Source: a virus
Strand: one strand, 5' to 3'
Virus record (IMG/VR): IMGVR_UViG_3300020442_000008
Location: 64,599 to 128,598 of that record
Length of the DNA stretch: 64,000 nucleotides
Numbering within the stretch: position 1 is the first letter of the stretch; every line of letters begins with the position of its first letter. Both the position numbers and the translations under genes were made by a program. Positions 27,701 to 35,568 of the stretch are shown here, in pieces. The notes beneath the pieces are model-generated. The model did not search any database. It was not told the origin of the DNA and saw only the letters and a list, made by a program, of their open reading frames with translations.

Positions 27701-30337
27701 TATGTTCACCTTCATAAAAATGGATCTGCTGTCTGGGGAGGATTAAGCTTGTCAGATATCTGGAAAACTGACTCTTCAGGAGATACTTCGGAGAATTGGT
27801 TTGGTTATGATAGAAAATCATATATCGGATTGCAAACTGGGCAGGCCTCAAGGATCACCAAGTTTGTTTACGGTCTTTCTCCTGGGGTTACATATAGATT
27901 ATACCTATCCGCAGCATACAGGCCTGATTATGGACCCTCAGGGGCTAGGGTTTATATTTGCGAACCTGACCAATCTCAATCCGAATCAGGCGATTTAAAT
28001 AATGAATTGATTGCTTATGGAGAATTTACTTGCAATGCTTCTAGATCTATAGATTATAATGCAAAAAATCATTTTGGCGGAAGAGGGGTTCAAACAAACT
28101 TTGTGAACAATAAACCTTTTTCTGGAAATACTGCCGAGGGCTCAACGACTATAACTAATGATAGCGAGGCAAATTTACATAGCAAGGTGGGGGAAGATGG
28201 ATTTAGATTATATTATGTAGAATTTACTCCCACTCTAGGATCTGGAGTAGTGGAAATAAGAATCGAGAATGCATTTGTTGATGGATTGTATAACGGCGTG
28301 GGCAGGGGTGATCTTTCAAGTTATGATTATACTTGGCAAGCTCCCACTCAAGGGCATATGTTTGATGTTTCTGAAGGATGGTTTTCTTCATCAAGGAAAA
28401 ACTGGACTGAGTATTCTGGCATTTGGGCGTCAAATGGAATACAAGGTAGTTCTGGAGATCAGACGGTTTTTATTGGAGATGTGTTTATTCGTTCGGTTAG
28501 GCCTCTTTACGTAGAGTCTTTAGAGTTTAATGCTTCTTGCGACCAAGGTGGTTACGAAATTATTGTTAAAAATGGAGACACTGAAAATTCTGCAATTCCG
28601 AAAACTTATTTAAGGAGTCCTGACGCCCATCGGGATATATTTAAGAAAATGGCGGATTCTGGATACAGCGGCCCAATCCTTGACATGTTTGGAGAAGATT
28701 ACGACTCGTTTGGGTGGTTTGAGAACGGCACCGATTACGAAGTAGATATAGTTCGCCCGCATCCATATTTATTAAATTGGGATCCTTTTGCAGTTGATGC
28801 TCAAAATTTTCCAGCAGTAGGATCAAGCCAGGGGTATATTGCTAAGAAGTTTATTCCAGATGTTTTTGGTGATAGCGAGCATGGCGTATATGATCTTGAT
28901 GCGGTCGTCGATGAAGAGTCTGTTGAGGCACTTTACGAAATAATGCTAGGTAGAGCTTCCGACGAGGCCGGAAGGAATGCAAAAATCAACAGTCAAATGA
29001 CAGTTGACGAAGTTATAACAGAAATGTTAGATAGCGCAGAATACGCAAGCAATAAAGCAAGTCTTAATCTTCCGGATGATCCTAGACCCGAAATGTCAAA
29101 AGATAGACCCTTTCATCCAAATTTAATGCCAGGATTTTATCTAGGACACACATGCTTTTTTAGCGATGGAATATGGAGAATCTCTAAAGATCACCGAAAA
29201 TATTCTAACTCTGATTATACAAAGCGTAGGCCAGGCTACGATAATTGGAACTGGGCGGATGATTACGATGCTTATGTGCCTAAGTCAACCTCAGATAATT
29301 GGGAAAATATTAGTGATCTTAACGCTGCGCAAATCTTTTCTGATGCAGCTGCTGGAACTGGAGCGTATCACAATAGCTCGTTAAACTCGGTAAGAGTTTA
29401 TGACTCGTCTAAATTTACTGAGAGTGATAAAGAAATGATGTGGAGCGCCCATTTCTTGGATTCATTTTTCAGAAGACCCTTTGTTCAGGAACATCTAAAA
29501 GAGGAAACGATTGATTACATAGGAGACTTGGGAAGAATTAATAATTTTCCATATGCAATGCTTATTGGCGAAAACCCTCAAGCCCGAGATGAAGGTGATT
29601 CTTCAGAGCAGCCAGAATTTAGATTTGGAGACGTTTTTGAATTGGCCGCTTCTGATATCAATAAATGGACTAATGCTGACGGCTGGCTTCAAGCAACCAT
29701 GTCCACTCCAACCGATGTTGAAAGACAATGGCATATTCCCCTTGGCTTCTTCTTTTCTCCTGTTTATTCTGGAGCTCTCAGTAAACTGGGAGGTATTTAC
29801 TCGTCAAACTCAGATGCGGAATTTGTAATATATAAAGGCGGCTGGGGCCAAACCGTGGGTCCAAACTATCCAATTGTCCATGCGTCATTCTATGATTCTG
29901 CTACGTCGCTATGGACGGCGCGATATGATCGTGAGGAATTTTTAATGGACCCAATCGGCGCAAGTCTTTCTAGTAGCGGTGAAGCTTTAAATGCAAACCA
30001 AACCAAAAGAATGATAGGCAACTCAAAACATTCCGTGTCTTACGCTTTTGGGATCGGAACTGCCATCGAGTTTTCCTCAAGGGGAGAATCAAGACTTTCT
30101 AGAATAGAGCTTCCAATTAATATCGGTCAAAATGGATCGGGTATAGTTAGTCGTATTGGCGATAATTATTATGGCGGGGCGAATCCAGTTCCGCATTATG
30201 GCTTGGCACACGAAGTTAATAATGCGGGCTACTTTGATGATTACGATTCATATAATTCAATAACTGATAAGTATAAATATACCTCATCAAGCTTAAGCTT
30301 AGCTTTCAGCGGAAGACAGCGTAGAAATTTAATTTAA
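18794..30337 (+). CDS. giant (3847 aa) multidomain virion/tail-associated protein
   Basis: uninterrupted 11.5-kb ORF, G/S/N/D-rich; W-x5-Y-x2-G-x2-V carbohydrate-binding-like repeats; Gly-rich hydrophobic hairpin; DUF4214-like segment. Confidence 0.75.
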   Translation: MGGSGYQIHGLPGGYAPAISEKGVDIYGGPRGSLAGTLPSWIAWWTTGFRYQPGHIVYMPGVYERDYNVAGQVINQGSFSPGQAYDDGRGNLSYKRDELAWDQDIQVQSLQEGGDLTGGSMSRGAGSIKSEGAKQYFEYGSHTLWVKLFGGQDNAATNDSSLTKDADFFDVNKRRKNGWYCFYELMRETDPIVGGNLEIAFPGNYDIQSNQWDSNKKRYTVKVNNQETLKVVYGSWGEDLFRQIPCEPNSATEIAVFHDETILNMCDTFALLASTLAASKHLVNFVVCKSVLRSPGSLGEDESASPVEVAILPTDKITIGGNVLRSPQKVAIRDTVDNSFDKDSSFFENDSGSDEEITMLSAGYPGIMNPEALFHAARNADDFDAKISDIAKGNVVGSDVIVGEQILADSEQLYLDKIKFGKMPAYDPRFGEAATSLNSFISSVYNFSLPMSTSASIDFWEANILYKVGKVVRLSPNATEYNAAEAEKNFKDVVWVCKKEHTSGVFAGEKCPPLGSGGSRSVPEVFENTYWRSYGVLANQPNSSLLQLNDLYRDSEIFVPTINVTKSASENLNLGEADFSRSLLGSSRRIRMSEMSGGCRLYASLTISPAKKFDVKYYRKRNSWGRRRTVSFRFPPQRSDAAQADLWLYANNFRKDHAGSINFAVTFVEHTGFVWAQAKRRRGSFFGVLLGVAFAVVGILNPALFLTAGMQCAAWGFGGGLALGALGGAVGLGIGTALGASAEAVYANLGKGVGRKKAFTRQSFSKIVSKVAADAPSLDYVLQRGQSPDNGVVIGKNSSDVAQDMYDSSSDTKNENDIIRFNFGNLYPYLYESKHNNTIHVTGEYQFMIQDLNSAQTIKVDFKYEEISRRRSRNFNDSFGQTFSGYPRGTPESPHASASSTLYNAYVSAANDIISGSTSSGQNLKLIATRNYFNYLLIGQENVRDANDPLKALTMWSVDLSNAQFNALIGMMQTGFRDLVFSGDGSFADQDGLSDYHEFYTENPPIAAAENEAAPGYQLEIENNSIKAVIKDPGLETERRVGVLTSVSQTQSLDREEAEVLAKGLVPGEFKLGKELSESTPQYINFLNTPSITDSIKWGDIQSGIKINGGSVIEHDSKFYFVNSTFIKGSQNLTDVATLVPGSSSSIYTADSFSPSLTLTKQWQKMIESEFYLERAIDRSPTYSVVGRKLDFSFIVKESADSSLINLFLFGFSDFVPRFSMSNFRTYFVDSVATISIQRPIKDISGQLLGEGTASWSQADTKDTQDHVFRLKEDIPDKENPNIGTIPGFKDETSWEYIGMPPDLSNNAFDWSLPVLNEISEFSAGDDLLTGSRTRSIGFLTSNSERFRLVSSDTIEDVLARSDANSINFPWIKRDSQESGGTYISKTDRNGDLVHLLCPYNSTNQDQWGPSNVSSVWKSVMNSIIGASNVSHLLDAYLTNELDTARSFSDGAVDLTHIQFVISPVSDIISSLEVWDASKNYNNGDVVAVHHTNYHYVDKSTGNINSRSSQFGKLWMFAKARKNIVANTNIPLFDDNGDPGAALGKSTSELATMVLPIETKYWECATAREGTGKEAVTSAIGSKKLSKSYYGTDLDVKSYGISMGSPDTYQQKDRATKTTVAYVPQQRMIYNNNVNTDFQNVNNLIFTTTISEDAKIVGRLPAESILYTNQGGTWPGTVGDKASTYLSRVDWANLYPENQLISLFLQRTVNAGAKWTTWLDAYGELAYGEQNKAKAYETVTFSQGDEFNQFQTIPNVTLGVSKDDGTTFSSYEAFRNFDPNYPVFHKGYTVPIGIKASVTNTAGLIVKPSSTDGSNLYGYASCLAGPGESIVGGQYGKITYVHEGSGSENVKIMDSSGSVINNVEISERFRSLVAGDKSGVIGYGPECLTTEFNIHSISGIDMANFTSALSVKLPEKCATREIADLCTQKCVLVLGIRDGNDGTTLNRTRFKNFYTGSGINFEFDNWFARRDSSGNYKDSFGESWPDSMRTHGEDDEIIKVVSKLNTVSEAVTGLIDVCGAGEADSHKDKTIKLSDTETHYHGFEQEFLPYDDIGLAYITEILKGAGQFIGSQVGAGFNASGTYIGGSGLTQTTMATAEFMAISQPAFEDGLMHGKPPGSDKIYFYSNSNYDFKLDVSIPSLLYKKYVNNDDPSDVINKNYYDTLFDSNSPGGGDAKNDFYEEYVFLPEFKIYLNNNLQNTYNQSSSEFSEINGYIGRFTLNKAKLGNPSNNSIIKFTIDDGITCPHGANFKELSLTAKVVQPPSFSAMENNINGKLYYYTNDDHLYSFGVAFPNSSTFGGRVVINDGVSGDQFFESSSGAPNVDFTGPGAGSTQVTITVDDGIPFGFGKARTGAAGHNLIYPSNFDPVQIFPVAKIPVGDIFLTLSTTGDGFIANKTIGTPPDIEVVDIMKQYIYNKYDHEYSGLIANIPAFAVDDVTDRTHFVSSSSITGEAAGSSTQLALYFNPFFFFSAGQGLVTLKEDMFPEEEEGIQNFTIQDGTFLSSPKSSAVVQIPYVRINRPHATITGIDFSETFKLWNDSPLVASGEFEIEGLISCSEFANIKITTDRGEYNLSDEDGLENPPDGGFTNFRWNFTDYNLDSSINGEADLIDGLYVTILDRNRGTNEGTDTWETYNYTTSETIDLFLDSNEYKSNYASGDIVTTDPLKRIRFSKSISGIPLTVRIQDNVLKDNGIIETKDIELPGQMSVANIPIYSKLKSLFKYEDQSDSLIKNRMGGQFNIVDKDWNPGFASLEDFQVRRYSAANSALLYSSYTVLSSLRINYHHSANVSRTKNIFETGNRTSYDAHDARIAYDSARHGNNEPNVWAENSGTEDWSQYCTTAMSNGAIDLCPNAMGDLIWSDDAKWLRHEDVDPSSPTSPDERAYDDFVIWHPKDHKGEDNWEIVGRSDKDDNDESSMRLPDWVGDDDGLVSSDQDWFSTTRLMGWRVTCPHLSFIGNLANCAQDTEKRYVHLHKNGSAVWGGLSLSDIWKTDSSGDTSENWFGYDRKSYIGLQTGQASRITKFVYGLSPGVTYRLYLSAAYRPDYGPSGARVYICEPDQSQSESGDLNNELIAYGEFTCNASRSIDYNAKNHFGGRGVQTNFVNNKPFSGNTAEGSTTITNDSEANLHSKVGEDGFRLYYVEFTPTLGSGVVEIRIENAFVDGLYNGVGRGDLSSYDYTWQAPTQGHMFDVSEGWFSSSRKNWTEYSGIWASNGIQGSSGDQTVFIGDVFIRSVRPLYVESLEFNASCDQGGYEIIVKNGDTENSAIPKTYLRSPDAHRDIFKKMADSGYSGPILDMFGEDYDSFGWFENGTDYEVDIVRPHPYLLNWDPFAVDAQNFPAVGSSQGYIAKKFIPDVFGDSEHGVYDLDAVVDEESVEALYEIMLGRASDEAGRNAKINSQMTVDEVITEMLDSAEYASNKASLNLPDDPRPEMSKDRPFHPNLMPGFYLGHTCFFSDGIWRISKDHRKYSNSDYTKRRPGYDNWNWADDYDAYVPKSTSDNWENISDLNAAQIFSDAAAGTGAYHNSSLNSVRVYDSSKFTESDKEMMWSAHFLDSFFRRPFVQEHLKEETIDYIGDLGRINNFPYAMLIGENPQARDEGDSSEQPEFRFGDVFELAASDINKWTNADGWLQATMSTPTDVERQWHIPLGFFFSPVYSGALSKLGGIYSSNSDAEFVIYKGGWGQTVGPNYPIVHASFYDSATSLWTARYDREEFLMDPIGASLSSSGEALNANQTKRMIGNSKHSVSYAFGIGTAIEFSSRGESRLSRIELPINIGQNGSGIVSRIGDNYYGGANPVPHYGLAHEVNNAGYFDDYDSYNSITDKYKYTSSSLSLAFSGRQRRNLI

Positions 30338-30366
30338 TTTATAAAAACATATTCATATAATATTGT

Positions 30367-31179
30367 ATGGATCATATAATGCGAGGTTTATTAAATGCTA
30401 ATGTAGTGGAAGTGCAATATTTTAAGCTAGGCTTTTTTCCTACTCGAGGTCTTTTTACTTTAAATAAAAATTTTATTAAAGAGCCTGAGCGCTTAGACGA
30501 TGTGGACGGGGATTCGTTCTTTTCTGCTTTTGATGTCTTAAGGGGTAGGGTCGTGAATTTTGATAGCGAAGAGCAGATTTTGTCAACTAATGTATTTAAT
30601 CCTCATGGATTAGATCCAATGCAGCTATGGCAGAAGGGGTTCTCTGCAGATAAAAAAGATATTGAGCGGGCTATAGATGAATTTAGAGGCAAGCGCCTGC
30701 AAAGTATAACCAGTGTGGGAGATGTTTCTAAGTTAAGTTCAAAGAGCAAGGCAACGTTAGTGGACTTGTTTATGGCCACAGGAAATTCAATAACTGACCC
30801 AATTGAGCTTAGTAGACATATAGAGGATATATATTTTGCTGACCCTACGATAAGAACAATGACTCAGATTAGGTATGGGTTTTTCTTTGCTATGGATTAC
30901 GACTGGAAAAGCGAGAAGGAAGCTTTAAGGTTTGCTGCAAAAAAATGGTTTTCATTAATAGATGTATACAAAGAGCTGTTTCTACAAACCGCATCCGATA
31001 GAACAATAAAAAACATTGAAAATATAAAATACCCAGACGCTGATCAATTTGATACTTACGAGAAAATAATAGACTATTGGCCTTACGCTTTAACTCCAAG
31101 GCCAGTTGAGATATTAGAATCTCACCTGGTCGCGATTTATGAAACTAGCGAATCAACCCTCTCGGATAAGGCTTCGTAA
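30367..31179 (+). CDS. hypothetical protein, possibly a partner of the giant protein
   Basis: ORF directly downstream and co-oriented. Confidence 0.65.
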   Translation: MDHIMRGLLNANVVEVQYFKLGFFPTRGLFTLNKNFIKEPERLDDVDGDSFFSAFDVLRGRVVNFDSEEQILSTNVFNPHGLDPMQLWQKGFSADKKDIERAIDEFRGKRLQSITSVGDVSKLSSKSKATLVDLFMATGNSITDPIELSRHIEDIYFADPTIRTMTQIRYGFFFAMDYDWKSEKEALRFAAKKWFSLIDVYKELFLQTASDRTIKNIENIKYPDADQFDTYEKIIDYWPYALTPRPVEILESHLVAIYETSESTLSDKAS

Positions 31180-32198
31180 CCCGCGTTCCAAAACCTTACT
31201 CCTCCTAGAAAATACTTCTGAAAGTTTTTTTCACTTAAATTTTTATCAAGACAAATTATGTTATCCGTTAAGCTAAAAAGGTTATTTGCGTCGTTTTTCG
31301 GGCGACCGCTATACATAATACTTGTTGCTGGAAACTTCTTCATTAGTTTGTTTATGTCTGTTTTTTTCTCAGAAAATAGACCTAATCTATCCAGTAATTC
31401 TTCTTCTATGAATTCATCTATGTAATACCTGAAGTTTGAGTTCGGCATTTTTGAAAAAAGTATTTGCTTTATTTTTTCTGAATCTCTACCTTCAATTGTA
31501 TCTATTAGGAACTTGGGATATTTATATTTTTCAACCTCTTCTTGATTAATTCCTCCTAATATTGTGAATAAATTCGACATTTTCTTTAAGGAGGGTCTGA
31601 TCTGTTGATCTAATATTTCTGCGTTATAAATTAATTTAAAGTCTCCTGTACATCTTTCTGTGTCGTTTGATTTGGGGTGGTCTATCCAGTTTAATATGTC
31701 ATGTATGTTTGCGCATTTTGAGATACACTCAAAGAAATCTTCGTTTGAAACGTTGTGGCTTTTAAATATACTGTGCCATTGACTTTTTCGGAGGGATATC
31801 GACTCTGTTCTGCTGTCCAGTATAACCATTTTATATTGATTAAAATTCACCACATCCGCTAAAGCATGAACCATGAATAAATTTGGGTAAGAGAAAAATC
31901 TAAGTTCTTCAACGGTCCTACCTGCGCAAAGAGTTCGAAATAAATTATGCAGTTCAGTGGATTGCAATAATTTGGCCCTGCGATCAAAAGACTTTAGTTC
32001 GTGGGACTGGATTGTTGGATAGCTGTTTAGAATAAAGTCTACCTCGTGACCTAGTTCGCATAAATAATGAGAAAGGTTTCTTGAACAGTTTTTTGTTTGA
32101 AGGAATCCTTTTGATCTACAAAATCTAGATGTCGGCCATATATTAACTTGATTGAATATACCTGCAGAACAATTTGTCAAGTATAATATTTTTGCCAT
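31137..32198 (-). CDS. hypothetical protein
   Basis: 353-aa ORF coupled (TAATG) to the upstream small ORF. Confidence 0.65.
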   Translation of the reverse strand: MAKILYLTNCSAGIFNQVNIWPTSRFCRSKGFLQTKNCSRNLSHYLCELGHEVDFILNSYPTIQSHELKSFDRRAKLLQSTELHNLFRTLCAGRTVEELRFFSYPNLFMVHALADVVNFNQYKMVILDSRTESISLRKSQWHSIFKSHNVSNEDFFECISKCANIHDILNWIDHPKSNDTERCTGDFKLIYNAEILDQQIRPSLKKMSNLFTILGGINQEEVEKYKYPKFLIDTIEGRDSEKIKQILFSKMPNSNFRYYIDEFIEEELLDRLGLFSEKKTDINKLMKKFPATSIMYSGRPKNDANNLFSLTDNIICLDKNLSEKNFQKYFLGGVRFWNAGYEALSERVDSLVS

Positions 32199-32392
32199 TA
32201 TTTCTTCTTTGACTTTATGCGTTTTATTTCTTTATCAAGTATTTTTTCCACACTCTCGGGGTTTCCTTCTAACATTACTTCCGCAGGGCTTTTACCATCA
32301 AGAAGGGAGTTTTCGGACTTTAGCCAAGATGTAGACTCGTATCCGTTTAAATTTTTACTTAGGGAAGTTAGTATTTTTTTTGCGTTTTTCAT
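32198..32392 (-). CDS. Xre/MbcA/ParS-type antitoxin C-terminal domain protein (start revised)
   Basis: WLKSENSLLDGKSPAEVMLEGNPESVEKIL fits the WL-x2-pN-x2-L-xG-xsP pattern; GTGTA-10 nt-ATG. Confidence 0.6.
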   Translation of the reverse strand: MKNAKKILTSLSKNLNGYESTSWLKSENSLLDGKSPAEVMLEGNPESVEKILDKEIKRIKSKKK

Positions 32393-32439
32393 ATATAATA
32401 TATACACATATTGTAATTAGGTGTACTATATAGTCGTAC

Positions 32440-33168
32440 ATGACAAGGAAAAAATCCACGTTAAAAGAGGATTCCTTTAAGATTCCGCAATTGGAGCAAT
32501 CGATTCATATTGCGTCTTTAAGGCTTACTGAAAAGCAAAAAAGATTTTTATCTATAGCTTTTCAAGAAGATACAAAAATTATGTTCGTCGCGGGGCCTGC
32601 GGGCTCTACTAAGACATATATGGCAGTTTACTCTGCTCTTAGATTATTGAGTGCATTTAATGAGCTCGATTTACTCTATGTTCGAACGGTAGCAGAAAGT
32701 GCCGAAAAGGGGTTGGGTGCTTTACCTGGAGATATTGATGAAAAATTTAACCCATATATGGCCCCTTTGGAGGATAAGTTATATGAAATGCTTCCAAAAA
32801 ATGATACCTCAAGGAGAGAATTGTTAGAAACTGGAAGAATTTCTGCAATGCCAATTAATTACCTTAGGGGTTCGAGCTGGAAAAATAAAATAGTTGTTGC
32901 AGATGAAGCGCAAAACTTTACGTATAAAGAATTAACGACACTAATTACCAGAATCGGAGATAACTGTAAACTGTTCATTTGTGGGGACTTTATGCAGAGC
33001 GATATCAACGGGAAAAGCGGTTTTGCTCCGATGTTTGATCTCTTTAATGATGAAGAAAGTGTATCTAAAGGTATACATTCTTTCAAGTTTGGCAAGGAGG
33101 ACATATTACGAAGTGAAATACTTAAATTCATTATTAAAAAGCTCGATAGCAAAAGCTATACTCGCTAG
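32440..33168 (+). CDS. phoH: PhoH-family ATPase
   Basis: GPAGSTKT, LGALPGD, YLRGSSW, DEAQN, GDFMQSD. Confidence 0.92.
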   Translation: MTRKKSTLKEDSFKIPQLEQSIHIASLRLTEKQKRFLSIAFQEDTKIMFVAGPAGSTKTYMAVYSALRLLSAFNELDLLYVRTVAESAEKGLGALPGDIDEKFNPYMAPLEDKLYEMLPKNDTSRRELLETGRISAMPINYLRGSSWKNKIVVADEAQNFTYKELTTLITRIGDNCKLFICGDFMQSDINGKSGFAPMFDLFNDEESVSKGIHSFKFGKEDILRSEILKFIIKKLDSKSYTR

Positions 33169-34042
33169 TAGTTTTAGGCGAAAGCCCTTAACCGTTCCAG
33201 TTCAGCCAATTGACAAAAGAGATTGGCCTATGCCCAGCATGCATATAAAGGGCACTATAGCTTTGGCCAACTTTTCCTTGAGGAATCAAACTTTACCCGT
33301 TAAAAACCAGGGGCGAATAGGTTCCTGCGTTGGACAAAGCGGGCGGGTTGTTTATGGTTTCTGCAAGGAGTTTGAGAATGACGAGCCCAGTGTTATGCAT
33401 ATATATAAAACGGGGCAAAAATTTGATCCTTGGCCTGGAGAAGAATACTCTGGAACAACCATTCGTGGTGCAGCAGTGGGGCTCAGGAATGAGGGTTGCT
33501 GCGAAGAAAAGTATTGGCCATATACAGGAAGAGAAGATGCCCCCATGAAAGAGGGAGCTAAGGAGAATGCTTTATCTAAAAAAATAGATGCTTTTTATGT
33601 AATTGATAAAAATGATGAAAACCTAATTAAGTCTACCTTATTAAAAGAACCTTTGTGGACATCAATTATGGTGCATGAGAATTTATATTATACTGATTCT
33701 TCTGGGGTTATAAATGATGAAGATTACTTATCGTCCAAGAAAGCTGGCGGACATGCAATCGCAATGATTGGGTGGAAGACGATTGGGGGTAAGTTGTATT
33801 GGGAGTTTCAAAATAGCTGGGGTAAATGGTTTGGAAATAAAGGTTATTTTTATTTATCTAATGACTTATATAAGAAGGTACTGATTAATGCTAATGGCCC
33901 TTTTTATATTCAAGCTCATTCTGAAAATAAGAAGCCTCCGCCTCCGCCTGACCCAGTGCCTAAAAAATCTAACTTTATTATCAGGTTATTAAATAAGCTG
34001 ATAGATCTAATAAAAAACATGTTAAAACGAAAGGATAAATAA
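33113..34042 (+). CDS. papain-like (C1A) cysteine peptidase
   Basis: VKNQGRIGSCVG, GGHAIAMIGW, FQNSWGKWFGNKGYF; start placed at GTG 33113 (AGGAGG upstream), uncertain. Confidence 0.85.
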   Translation: MKYLNSLLKSSIAKAILASSFRRKPLTVPVQPIDKRDWPMPSMHIKGTIALANFSLRNQTLPVKNQGRIGSCVGQSGRVVYGFCKEFENDEPSVMHIYKTGQKFDPWPGEEYSGTTIRGAAVGLRNEGCCEEKYWPYTGREDAPMKEGAKENALSKKIDAFYVIDKNDENLIKSTLLKEPLWTSIMVHENLYYTDSSGVINDEDYLSSKKAGGHAIAMIGWKTIGGKLYWEFQNSWGKWFGNKGYFYLSNDLYKKVLINANGPFYIQAHSENKKPPPPPDPVPKKSNFIIRLLNKLIDLIKNMLKRKDK

Positions 34043-34043
34043 A

Positions 34044-34229
34044 ATGGAAAAACAATTCTGGAAAAGTAAAAAATTCTGGGCTTCTGTTGCTGCTGTTTTT
34101 ATTCCTATGTCTAATCATTTTCTTGGTTGGAATATGGATCATAACGCAATTGTTACCATGATGGCTCCTATGATTGCTTATATTTTTGGGCAAGGTATGG
34201 CCGACATGGGTAAAAACGCTAAAAAGTAA
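34044..34229 (+). CDS. small holin-like membrane protein
   Basis: basic N-terminus WKSKKFW, two hydrophobic segments, YIFGQGMAD. Confidence 0.6.
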   Translation: MEKQFWKSKKFWASVAAVFIPMSNHFLGWNMDHNAIVTMMAPMIAYIFGQGMADMGKNAKK

Positions 34230-34663
34230 TGGGACCTATTTTAAATACAATCCTCGGCGCCGGGATTAAAATAGGCGCCAATTTAATTAATGCCTGGCTT
34301 GAGCAAAAGCGCCAAGATCAGCTGGCTCTGGCCGCAAGGGATAAAGATACTCTTGATGCGCTTATAGCAAGTCAAAAAGCTCAAGCTAGTGATCCTTTTG
34401 TTAAGGTTACTAGAAGGGTTTTGTTTATGTCTATAACTTTCACCCTGTGTTATTTAATGTTGTATTATGCTCATAACCCTAATATAAGCTACGACATGAT
34501 TGTTCCTTACGGAGAAAATACTAGATGGGGAATTTTTTCGTGGTTTTTTGGTGGGAAAGATTTTCACGTTGTAAAGCTAACTGGTGGCTTAATGTTATCC
34601 TCTTTTATGGATCTGTGTTTTATGGTGGTTGGTTTTTACGCAATACCCAGTAAAAGAAAATGA
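34229..34663 (+). CDS. multi-pass membrane protein (3TM holin-like)
   Basis: hydrophobic helices, basic C-terminus, coupled to neighbouring ORFs. Confidence 0.55.
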   Translation: MGPILNTILGAGIKIGANLINAWLEQKRQDQLALAARDKDTLDALIASQKAQASDPFVKVTRRVLFMSITFTLCYLMLYYAHNPNISYDMIVPYGENTRWGIFSWFFGGKDFHVVKLTGGLMLSSFMDLCFMVVGFYAIPSKRK

Positions 34664-34932
34664 AAAGAATATTATTATTATTAACTTTATTTTTTTATTC
34701 TTGTAATCCTATTGCTAAAATTAAAAAGGAATCAAATCCTGGTATTGCGCCTATATCTTTCAGTGATTTAGATATTGATAATAATGGAACTATAGATAAA
34801 TTGGAATATTATAAATCTATGTCTGAGGTTGATAGTAAAAAACCTGCTTACGGATTATTGCTGATATTGGGTGGTGTGGCGATTTGTGCTTTTGCTCCAT
34901 CTTTGTTCTATAGAAATAAAAAAGACGTGTAA
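34660..34932 (+). CDS. putative lipoprotein with EF-hand and C-terminal TM
   Basis: MKRILLLLTLFFYSC lipobox-like; DIDNNGTIDKLE. Confidence 0.55.
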   Translation: MKRILLLLTLFFYSCNPIAKIKKESNPGIAPISFSDLDIDNNGTIDKLEYYKSMSEVDSKKPAYGLLLILGGVAICAFAPSLFYRNKKDV

Positions 34933-34940
34933 TCCATTTT

Positions 34941-35534
34941 ATGGAAAATATTGCTATAATAATTGCATCCATAGTTTCTGCAATTGGTGGGGTAGTTGCT
35001 GTTTGGGTGAAAAATAAATTTGAGTACAGGAAAAAGGAATGTATTCAAGAGATTGCGAGTTCTGGGGTTAATGTATATAAGGCTTTAGACTTTGTATTAA
35101 GTGAAACTGGTGCTGCCAGGGCTTATGTTTTTGAGTTTCATAATGGTGAGAAATTCTTCTCTGGAAAAGGTCAGCAGAAGTTTAGTTGTACTTATGAAAA
35201 AGTGAGGCCAGGGGTTAGTGCGGAGTGTTTAAATTCTCAGAACCATAGAATATCTAATTATAATGAATATATTCATACTTTGATTTGTGATGGTAAATAT
35301 TATTCTACAGACACAAGCTCTATAAAAGATTCTGCTTTATCTTCAATACTTCAAAATAAGGGTGTGCATTCTTTTTATAACGTTCCAATTAAAACTTTGA
35401 ATGGAAAAATTATTGGCATACTTGGAATAGATTACATCTGTCCTATAGAGAAATTTGAGTTTAATACGGATTGTCCTGATCCCGAGGTTTTTATGAAACG
35501 CCAGGCCAGAATTATAAGCGGTTACCTGATCTAG
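34941..35534 (+). CDS. N-terminal TM plus GAF-domain protein
   Basis: RAYVFEFHNG...GVHSFYNVPIKTLNGKIIGILGIDY. Confidence 0.65.
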   Translation: MENIAIIIASIVSAIGGVVAVWVKNKFEYRKKECIQEIASSGVNVYKALDFVLSETGAARAYVFEFHNGEKFFSGKGQQKFSCTYEKVRPGVSAECLNSQNHRISNYNEYIHTLICDGKYYSTDTSSIKDSALSSILQNKGVHSFYNVPIKTLNGKIIGILGIDYICPIEKFEFNTDCPDPEVFMKRQARIISGYLI

Positions 35535-35568
35535 TTGATTTTTTAAAATATAATACTTATTATTATGT

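Noticed and set aside
32981-33112. N-terminal extension of the peptidase, or a phoH-peptidase frameshift fusion
   Set aside because: A GTG at 33113 with an upstream AGGAGG explains the overlap more simply; no slippery site was identified.
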